From contig CAWIYH010000002.1 in NCBI GenBank assembly GCA_963840225.1, positions 519,934 to 583,933 on the forward strand: a DNA stretch of 64,000 bases, in the 5' to 3' direction. The notes beneath the pieces are model-generated. The model was not told the origin of the DNA and did no database searches. It worked only from the letters and a program-made list of their open reading frames with translations. The DNA is from an uncultured Acidobacteriota bacterium (lineage in GTDB: Bacteria; Acidobacteriota; Vicinamibacteria; Vicinamibacterales; CAVVIG01). The position numbers and the translations under genes were made by a program. Shown piece after piece: positions 9,401 to 16,264 of the stretch; within the stretch, counting starts at the first letter, position 1, and each line of letters opens with the position of its first letter.

Positions 9401-10349
9401 CCTTGCCTTTCAACTCGATCGACACCGCCTGGACGGCGCCGCCCAGAAGCGTCAGCCCGTCGACCCGTACCGCAGTGCCGTCCGCCAGGTCGCCGCACTG
9501 CCCGTGTTTGTAGCGCGTGAGCAGATCGGCGTCGACCGTCGTGCCGTTTACCTGAAACGTGACGGCCGGGCACTGTCCCGAGAGGCCCGACACGGCGCCG
9601 TCCAGCTGCACCGAGGTGCCGGGCGGAGGCGGAGGCGGAGGCTGAGGCGGTGGCGGTGGCGGTGGCGGTGGCGGTGGGGTTGGGGGTGGCGGCGTCGGAT
9701 CCGGCGGCGTGGGCGAAACCGCCGCGTCCTGCGAGACCGTGTAAGTCTGGCCGGCGATGTTCGCCGTGCCGACACGCGCCGCTCCCGTGTTGGCGGCGAC
9801 GTCGAGCGCGACCGTTCCGCTGGCGTTCGCGCTCTGGCCCGTCGAGATCGTGAGCCACGACGCCGAGCTCGTCGCGTGCCATTCGCACCCCGAGATCGTC
9901 GTCACGCCGACGGAGAGGTGTCCTCCCGCCGAGCCCACGTGATCGGCCGTTCGGCTCAGATCGAACCGGCACGCGGCGCCTGCCTGCGTGATGTTTGCGT
10001 GCTGGTCGGCCACCAGGAATGTGCCCGACCGGGGAGTCGGGCTGGGGTTCGCCTCGACGCTGAACGACACGATGCCGTCGCCCTGGCCTCCCCGGGATCC
10101 GTCGATGGTGACCCACGACGCGTTCGTGCTGGCCGACCAGGTGCAGTCGCGGTTGGTCGAGACGGTGATGGCCCCGGTACCGCCCGTCGCGGCGAACGAC
10201 GAAGCCGAGCTCGAGATGCCGACCTGGCACTTGTCCGTGCTCGGAGCGGTCACCGACGTCGAGGTCGAGGTGGATGTACACCCGGAGAGGCCACAGGCTG
10301 AGACGACGACGAGGGCGAAAATGGAAAACCTGTTCCTCGTGCCTTTCAT
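9372..10349 (-). CDS. Lipoprotein with two BACON-like Ig repeats, a poly-proline linker and a DUF5666-like C-terminal domain
   Basis: Lipobox in MKGTRNRFSIFALVVVSACGLSGC. Repeats contain CTWSASTNASWVTI and CEWHATSSASWLTIS. A stretch of about 35 residues is almost pure Pro. The C-terminus is GQCPAVTFQVNGTTVDADLLTRYKHGQCGDLADGTAVRVDG. Overlaps the start of the downstream OMP gene by 29 nt. Confidence 0.7.
   Translation of the reverse strand: MKGTRNRFSIFALVVVSACGLSGCTSTSTSTSVTAPSTDKCQVGISSSASSFAATGGTGAITVSTNRDCTWSASTNASWVTIDGSRGGQGDGIVSFSVEANPSPTPRSGTFLVADQHANITQAGAACRFDLSRTADHVGSAGGHLSVGVTTISGCEWHATSSASWLTISTGQSANASGTVALDVAANTGAARVGTANIAGQTYTVSQDAAVSPTPPDPTPPPPTPPPPPPPPPPPQPPPPPPPGTSVQLDGAVSGLSGQCPAVTFQVNGTTVDADLLTRYKHGQCGDLADGTAVRVDGLTLLGGAVQAVSIELKGKDGHNDAANR
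9621..9712. repeat. Low-complexity (GGN)n tract encoding the poly-Pro linker of the lipoprotein
   Basis: The forward strand reads gggcggaggcggaggcggaggctgaggcggtggcggtggcggtggcggtggcggtggggttgggggtggcgg..., which is CCN codons on the minus strand. Confidence 0.85.
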
Positions 10350-10479
10350 GGCCCCTGACGCCACGCGCCTGATGCACGCGCCTCGCCAATTCGGCCTTAG
10401 GGTGGCTCGGTGCGTCTGGTGCCAGGTGCTTTGGGGGGCTGGTGCTGAGCTGTTGGCGGGGTGAGCACACGCTGGGGTG

Positions 10480-10526
10480 TCAGGGGCCGGGAGCTGGCCG
10501 GGGGGGCCGGTACGGCCGGCCCCTGA
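10480..10526 (-). terminator. GC-rich hairpin about 30 nt downstream of the DinB gene stop (possible terminator; no U-tract)
   Basis: TCAGGGGCCGG (10480-10490) is the exact reverse complement of CCGGCCCCTGA (10516-10526). The 25-nt interior is itself GC self-complementary. Confidence 0.3.
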
Positions 10527-10556
10527 GCACCCTGGAAGGGGCTGTCTCGTGGGCCA

Positions 10557-11066
10557 CTAAGCGGTCGCCGTCACGCGCGCGAGTTGTGCGACGTGCCGGT
10601 TCACGTGGCCGGCCGCGAACTCCGCCAGCTCGAACAAGGACAAAATTCCGAATCGCATCTCGACGCAGAAGCCGCCGCCCCGCTCGGGCGTCAGCGAGGC
10701 TATCGCCTTCGACATGTGCTGGCCGCTGGCCCTCAGGCGCTCGAGCGCGACGTCGCGCCCCACGACGGGCGGCGGCTCCAGGGCCGATGACGTCTTGATC
10801 TTCGTCGGCAACGTGGTCGCGTTGAAGGTTTCCTTGAATCCGGACGGCACCGGCTGCGCCGAACCGGTCGAACCGGTGAGCACACCAGCGATCCATTCGT
10901 TCACCTGCGCCACATGCCAGCCAATCTGCGCAGCGCTCCAGGCCTCTTGGTCGGGCGGCTGTTCTGCGGTGGCCGCCGGCAGGTCGCGAAGCTTCACGGC
11001 CAGTGTGTGATGGGCGGCATTGAACCGGGCGAGAATCGTCGCTGCGCGATCTGGGGACACGGACAT
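10557..11066 (-). CDS. DinB-family (DinB_2/YfiT-like) four-helix-bundle protein
   Basis: 169 aa from ATG 11066, preceded by GGAGG. Has HxxxH-type metal-ligand spacing typical of DinB (WSAAQIGWHVAQV ... AAGHVNRHVAQL). The upstream 290 aa of track ORF 10557-11942 are antisense junk. Confidence 0.8.
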   Translation of the reverse strand: MSVSPDRAATILARFNAAHHTLAVKLRDLPAATAEQPPDQEAWSAAQIGWHVAQVNEWIAGVLTGSTGSAQPVPSGFKETFNATTLPTKIKTSSALEPPPVVGRDVALERLRASGQHMSKAIASLTPERGGGFCVEMRFGILSLFELAEFAAGHVNRHVAQLARVTATA

Positions 11067-11363
11067 GACGACCTCCGGATGAGTTGGCACACGGCCTACA
11101 TTGGTGAGGCGCTTTGTAGTCCAACTGCGGCCCCCGACGCAAGCGGCCCGGGTTGCCGCCCTCGGGCCTCCACCGTGGTCGTCCCATCCGGAGGTGTCAC
11201 AGGTCGGCCCGGTCGCTCGCCTCAGCCATATGCGGAGCGATACACCAACCGCCGTGCTCGTCCTGGCCCACGCGCGCCTGCCGCGCACGGACGCTCGTAC
11301 CAGTCCCGGACCAGACGGGGGTCCCGGGCGAGGCTGGGCCTCAGACGGTCGATCAGGTGTAAA

Positions 11364-11978
11364 ATGCCAGGTTTCAAACCCGTGAATTATCACATCACCC
11401 AGTACGACCTCGAACAGGGCGCCCTCGAGATTCAGTACATCGAGGAATACTTCGGCGAGTTCCCGCGCAAGAAGTCGGCGTCGGAGATCGTGCGTCGGCT
11501 GAGCGGCCGTTCGCACCTCATCCTGCTCGCCACGGCGCCGCTGCCCGACGATCCGGGCACGGTCGTGCCGGTGTCCTTCAAGGTGGCGCACGAGATCCGG
11601 TGCGACGAGCGCGAGCCGAAGCTGGCCGATCTGGTCAGCCGCCTCAACGGCTCGATCCTGTTCAGGGGCCGCCGGATCCTCTACACATGGATCGGCGGGA
11701 CGCGGCGCGACTGGCGCGGCCGCGGCTTCTTCCGCGCGCTCACCGAACAGCAGGAGCTGTGGGCGATTGCCCAGGGCTTCGACGAGATCCTGGTCAAGAC
11801 GAAGAACCGGTTCTACGAGATGCGCGGCACCCTCGACCACCTGCGGTTCGAGGTCGTGAAGTACGAGCGGCATATCGGCGACAACGCCGAGTCGAAGGTG
11901 TACCTGAGCAAGAAGCTGCTGCCGGAGATCCTCGAGCGGCACCGCAGCGCGAAGACCGTCGTTCAGATTCCGGTGTAA
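11364..11978 (+). CDS. GNAT-family N-acetyltransferase
   Basis: 204 aa from ATG 11364. The acetyl-CoA pocket motif is TRRDWRGRGFFRALTEQQELWA (Q/R-x-x-G-x-G/A). Confidence 0.75.
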   Translation: MPGFKPVNYHITQYDLEQGALEIQYIEEYFGEFPRKKSASEIVRRLSGRSHLILLATAPLPDDPGTVVPVSFKVAHEIRCDEREPKLADLVSRLNGSILFRGRRILYTWIGGTRRDWRGRGFFRALTEQQELWAIAQGFDEILVKTKNRFYEMRGTLDHLRFEVVKYERHIGDNAESKVYLSKKLLPEILERHRSAKTVVQIPV

Positions 11979-11982
11979 TCAC

Positions 11983-12465
11983 ATGCCCGCGACAACGCCC
12001 TACAGCAAGGACCTCGGCGATCGCGATCCGATTGCCGCGATGCGCGACACGGCCGATCGCGTCGCGAAGATGGTGGCCGCCTGGCCGTCCGACCGCTTCG
12101 ACCGCAGCTACGCGCCTGGCAAATGGAACGCGCGGCAGCTCCTCGCGCATCTGGCGCAGGGCGAACTGGCGCTCGGCAACCGCGCCCGCATGGCCCTCAC
12201 GACGCCGAACTACGCGGCGCAGGCGTTCGACCAGGACAAATGGCTCGATCGCGAGGCCGGGCTGAGCGGCGCCGAAGCGCTCGACGCGTTCCTGGCGCTC
12301 AGCCGCATGAACCGCGCTCTCTTTGCGGGGTTGTCGGACGCCGACCGCCAGATCGCGATGAGCCATCCCGAGTACGGCGCGATCACGGTGGACTGGGTGA
12401 TTCACACCATCGCCGGGCATCAGCTCCATCACCTCGCCCAGTTGGAGACGATCGACAGAAGCTAG
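11983..12465 (+). CDS. DinB-family protein
   Basis: WNARQLLAHLAQGE ... IAGHQLHHLAQL, the DinB His-triad pattern. Starts 4 nt after the GNAT stop. Confidence 0.8.
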   Translation: MPATTPYSKDLGDRDPIAAMRDTADRVAKMVAAWPSDRFDRSYAPGKWNARQLLAHLAQGELALGNRARMALTTPNYAAQAFDQDKWLDREAGLSGAEALDAFLALSRMNRALFAGLSDADRQIAMSHPEYGAITVDWVIHTIAGHQLHHLAQLETIDRS

Positions 12466-13601
12466 TGGCCCCCGAATCCTACCCGGCGGCACGATTCATC
12501 GCGCCCAGGGTCGCCGAGCATTTCGCGGCCCATGCCGCCGCCCGGCGCCCGGCCGCCGGGCCCGTGGCGGCGTCCCCCGACGCGACGACCGTCGAGAATC
12601 TGATCAGCACCGCGTTCTGGGCGAGCCTCCGCCGCGAGGAGGGGTACCTGCCGCGGATCTCGCTCGCCTACCTCGCGCCGGAGCAGTCGAGCAACCCGAT
12701 GCGGTTCGAGCGGCCGCTTCCGTTGACGGCCGGAGCGTTGACGAAGGTGTCTCCCGCCGTCGAGCGGGCCGGAATCCATCTCGGCGTCTGGCACGACCGC
12801 GACGGCTTGTCGGTGTGGGGCACCACCAGGACCCTGCCGCAGCTCGGCTTCGTGCTCGAAGTCGCCTCGCCGGGACTGCTCGTGGTCAAGCACCAGCGCG
12901 GCGAGGACGTCGGGAAGTTCGTCAACGTGGCGGTGCTCGAGGGCGACACCGTGAAGCTGGTGGACGAGACCGCCTCGTCGCTGCCCGACTGCCCCAAGCT
13001 TCTGACCTCCCTCCTCGGCTTCGGGTCGCCTGCCACGTGGGTGGACAGCGTGAACGTCCTCGTGCAGCTCGCCGTTTCCATGCGGGCGCACGGGCGCGGC
13101 GGCCTCCTGCTCGTCGTGCCCGCGGGAAGCGACGCCTGGCGCGAGTCGATCGTGCAGCCGATGCCGTACGGCGTCGCGCCGCCGTTTTCCGAACTGGCGG
13201 GCCTGGTCCTTAAGACGCCGGATCGCGAGGGGCGGCTGCCGTGGCTGGATGCCCTCGCGCGGTCGGTGGACGCGATGGCGGGTCTGACCGCCGTCGACGG
13301 CGCGACCGTCATGACCATGGACTACGACCTGCTCGCCTTCGGCGGGAAGATCGCGCGCCGGCGCGGCTGGCCGCCCGTCGAGCGCGTGTCGGTGACCGAA
13401 CCGGTCATCGGCGGCGCGGCGGCCGTCGTGCATCCGGCCAATCTTGGCGGGACGCGACATCTTTCGGCGGCGCAGTTCGTCCAGGACCAGCGCGACACGA
13501 TGGCGCTCGTGGCCTCCCAGGACGGACGGTTCACCGTCTTCGCCTGGTCGCCGGGCGAGGACATGGTCCACGCCCACCGCGTCGAGGCGCTGCTCCTCTA
13601 G
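12465..13601 (+). CDS. DAC-fold (DisA_N / diadenylate-cyclase-like) protein with an uncharacterised N-terminal sensor-like domain
   Basis: GTG 12465 overlaps the DinB stop (TAGTG). The C-terminal half aligns by eye to the DAC domain: HGRGGLLLVVP (compare GALIVI), LTAVDGATVM (DGA motif), and LGGTRHLSAAQF (TRHR motif with the last Arg replaced), then ALVASQDGRFTVF. The N-terminal ~200 aa are consistent with the sensor domains fused to DAC in databases. Confidence 0.7.
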   Translation: MAPESYPAARFIAPRVAEHFAAHAAARRPAAGPVAASPDATTVENLISTAFWASLRREEGYLPRISLAYLAPEQSSNPMRFERPLPLTAGALTKVSPAVERAGIHLGVWHDRDGLSVWGTTRTLPQLGFVLEVASPGLLVVKHQRGEDVGKFVNVAVLEGDTVKLVDETASSLPDCPKLLTSLLGFGSPATWVDSVNVLVQLAVSMRAHGRGGLLLVVPAGSDAWRESIVQPMPYGVAPPFSELAGLVLKTPDREGRLPWLDALARSVDAMAGLTAVDGATVMTMDYDLLAFGGKIARRRGWPPVERVSVTEPVIGGAAAVVHPANLGGTRHLSAAQFVQDQRDTMALVASQDGRFTVFAWSPGEDMVHAHRVEALLL

Positions 13602-16261
13602 TCGGTCCGCAGGGCCGCCATCGGATCGACCCGCGCGGCCCGCCGGGCGGGCAGGTAGCTCGCCGCCGCCGACACGCCGCCCAGCACCGCTCCGACCAGC
13701 GCGAAGGTTGCCGGATCCGTCGCCGTCACGCCGTACAGCAGCGACGCGAGCGTCCGGGTGGCGGCGAAGGCGCCGACAAGCCCCGCGCCAAGGCCGAGCG
13801 CCGAGAGGGCGAGCCCCTCCCGGAGGAACAACCCGACGACTCGTCCCGGCGACGCGCCGATCGCGAGGCGGACGCCGATCTCCTGCGTGCGCAGGCCGAC
13901 GAGATACGCCAGGACGCCGTAGATGCCGACGGCCGCCAGGACGACCGCGGCGCCGGCGAAGGCGGCAAGCAGCAGCATCGTGAAGCGGCGCTCGGCCACC
14001 GACGACCCGATGATCGTCGTCATCGGCTGGACGTTCGCGGCCGGGAGCTCGCGATCGAGCGCGGCCAGGTCGCGGCCGAGCGCCGGCGCGACGGCGAGCG
14101 GCTCGCCCCGGCTCCGCGCGACCACCGTCAGCGTGTCGACCGGATGCTGCGCATACGGCAGGTAGACCTCCGGCGGGGTCGCGCTGTCGAGGCTCGCGTA
14201 CTTCACGTCGCCGACGATGCCGACGATCGTCTTCTGGCCGCTCCTGACCTTGTCGCGCGTCAGCATGACGCCAATGTGAATCGTGCGACCGATTGGATTC
14301 TCGCCGGGCCAGTACCGCGCGGCGGCGGTCTCGTTGATCAGGACCACCTCGGGGCCGTTCGCGTCGTCGTGGGCGTCGAACCCGCGGCCCGCCTTGATCG
14401 GAATCGCCATCGTCTTGAAGTAGTCGGGCGTGACGAGGCGCATGCCGGCGCTCGGCGAGTCGGCGACGTCGTCGTCTCCGGGACGGGTGAAACTGGTGCT
14501 CGCGCTGAAATCGTCGGCGAAGGGCAGGCCGAACACGGCGGCGGCGTCGACGACGTCCGGCTCGGACCGGAGGCGATCCACGAGCGAGGTCACCAGGCCG
14601 GTGATGGCGTCGCCGGTCGGGTATTTCGCCGCCGGCAGCGACAGGTTGAACGTCACGACGTGTTCGGGATCGAAGCCGGGATTCACGCGCTGGAGCTCGT
14701 CGTAGCTGCGCAGCAGCAGACCCGCTCCGACGAGCAGGATGACGGCGAGCGCCGTTTCGCTGACCACGAGCACCTTGCGGAGCCGCGATCCGCCGCCGAC
14801 GATGCGGCCGCCGGCCACCAGCCGCGCGACAACGCCGCCGGTCGACGCGATTGCCGGCGCCAGACCGAAGACGACGCTCGTCGTGACGGCGAGCGCCGTC
14901 GTGAAGACGATGACCCGAATGTCGATGGCCACCTCGGTCAGCCGGGGGACTTCGGCCGGACCGAGCGCGGCGAGCGCCCGGAGGCAGAGGTAGGCGACGA
15001 TCAGGCCGCCCACCGCGCCGAGCGTCCCGAGCAGGAGGCTCTCGGACAGGAATTGCCGCACGAGCCGCGTGCGCCCTGCGCCGAGGGCCGCGCGCACGGC
15101 GACTTCGCGTCCGCGGGCCTGCGCGCGCGCGAGCAGAAGATTGGCGACGTTGACGCAGGCGATCAGCAGGACGAACCCGACCGCGCCGAGCAGCACGTAG
15201 AGCGTCATCCGGATGTTGCGGACCATCCGCTCCTGAAGCGGCGTTACGCTCGCGATCCGGCCGAGGTTGAACTTCGGATACTCGGCCGACAGCCGCTGCG
15301 CCACCGTGTGGACGGCCGCGTCGGCGCCCTGGAGGCTGATGTCCGGCGCGAGCCGCGCCAGCACGTTCACCCACTGCGCTCCCCGGGCGTTGGGCGAGAG
15401 GTCGGTCGACGTGAAGATGAGCGGCTGCCAGAACTGGGCGCCCCCGGGAAATTTCACAAAGGGAGGCGCGACGCCGACGATCGTGCACGGACGGCCGTCG
15501 AGCCGCAGGATCGTCCCCACGGCGTCGGGCCGTCCGCCGAACCGTCGCCGCCACAACCCATCGCTGATGACGACGACGTTGCCGTCGCCCTGCCCGTCGC
15601 CCTCGACGAAGCCGCGTCCGCGCCCCATCGTGACCTGCAGGACATCGAAGTAGTTCCACGAGACCCGCGCGCCGTCGATCCGCTCGGGCTCCCCTCCGCC
15701 CGTCAGGTTCACCGTCGTCGGCGCGAGCGCCGCCGACGCCTTGAAGGCCTGGCTCTCACGCGTCACGTCCTCGAAGTTGCGCGGCGAGAACCACGGGCTG
15801 AGGCGTCCGGGCCTGCCGTAAAGCAGCAGCACCAGCCGGTCCGGCTGGCCGTAGGGCAGGGGGCGGAGGAGGACGCCGTTGACGACGGTGAAGACGGCGG
15901 TGGTGGCGCCGATGCCGAGCGCGAGGGTGAGGATGGCGACGGCGGCGAAGCCGGGCTGGCGGCGGAGCAGGCGGCCGGCGTAGCGGAGGTCCTGCCAGAA
16001 GGTGCCCACGGGCTCTCTCCTTTCGAACGACAGGGAATCGGGGTCGGCGAGGCGCCGGGCGGCGCTGGCGGCGCGCGCCAGGTCGCCGAGCTCCCGGACG
16101 AGGAGAGCGGCGAGCGCGCACCGCCCACGGGCGGCGGCATCGCGGCACAGCGCGTCGAAGGTGGCACGCATCTCGGCGCCCCAGCGCCGCCGGAACGCGC
16201 GCGGACACAGCCGCAGCGCCAATCGATACGCCCGGGTGACCATCGAGCCGGCACGATCCAT
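13598..16261 (-). CDS. ADOP-family (MacB/FtsX-like) ABC-transporter permease, complete
   Basis: 887 aa. Cytoplasmic prefix domain, TM1 AVAILTLALGIGATTAVF, MacB-type periplasmic domain, and two FtsX 4-TM modules ([16 protein letters not shown]...; ...VLAYLVGLRTQEIGVRLAIGA). Confidence 0.92.
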   Translation of the reverse strand: MDRAGSMVTRAYRLALRLCPRAFRRRWGAEMRATFDALCRDAAARGRCALAALLVRELGDLARAASAARRLADPDSLSFERREPVGTFWQDLRYAGRLLRRQPGFAAVAILTLALGIGATTAVFTVVNGVLLRPLPYGQPDRLVLLLYGRPGRLSPWFSPRNFEDVTRESQAFKASAALAPTTVNLTGGGEPERIDGARVSWNYFDVLQVTMGRGRGFVEGDGQGDGNVVVISDGLWRRRFGGRPDAVGTILRLDGRPCTIVGVAPPFVKFPGGAQFWQPLIFTSTDLSPNARGAQWVNVLARLAPDISLQGADAAVHTVAQRLSAEYPKFNLGRIASVTPLQERMVRNIRMTLYVLLGAVGFVLLIACVNVANLLLARAQARGREVAVRAALGAGRTRLVRQFLSESLLLGTLGAVGGLIVAYLCLRALAALGPAEVPRLTEVAIDIRVIVFTTALAVTTSVVFGLAPAIASTGGVVARLVAGGRIVGGGSRLRKVLVVSETALAVILLVGAGLLLRSYDELQRVNPGFDPEHVVTFNLSLPAAKYPTGDAITGLVTSLVDRLRSEPDVVDAAAVFGLPFADDFSASTSFTRPGDDDVADSPSAGMRLVTPDYFKTMAIPIKAGRGFDAHDDANGPEVVLINETAAARYWPGENPIGRTIHIGVMLTRDKVRSGQKTIVGIVGDVKYASLDSATPPEVYLPYAQHPVDTLTVVARSRGEPLAVAPALGRDLAALDRELPAANVQPMTTIIGSSVAERRFTMLLLAAFAGAAVVLAAVGIYGVLAYLVGLRTQEIGVRLAIGASPGRVVGLFLREGLALSALGLGAGLVGAFAATRTLASLLYGVTATDPATFALVGAVLGGVSAAASYLPARRAARVDPMAALRTD
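15852..16204. repeat. 353-bp repeat, copy A (5' region of the ADOP gene at 13598-16261)
   Basis: Identical to 18518-18870 except for 2 mismatches that I could find by eye (ccgCccacgg vs ccgGccacgg; gtcgaaGgtgg vs gtcgaaAgtgg). Confidence 0.9.
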
Positions 16262-16264
16262 CGC

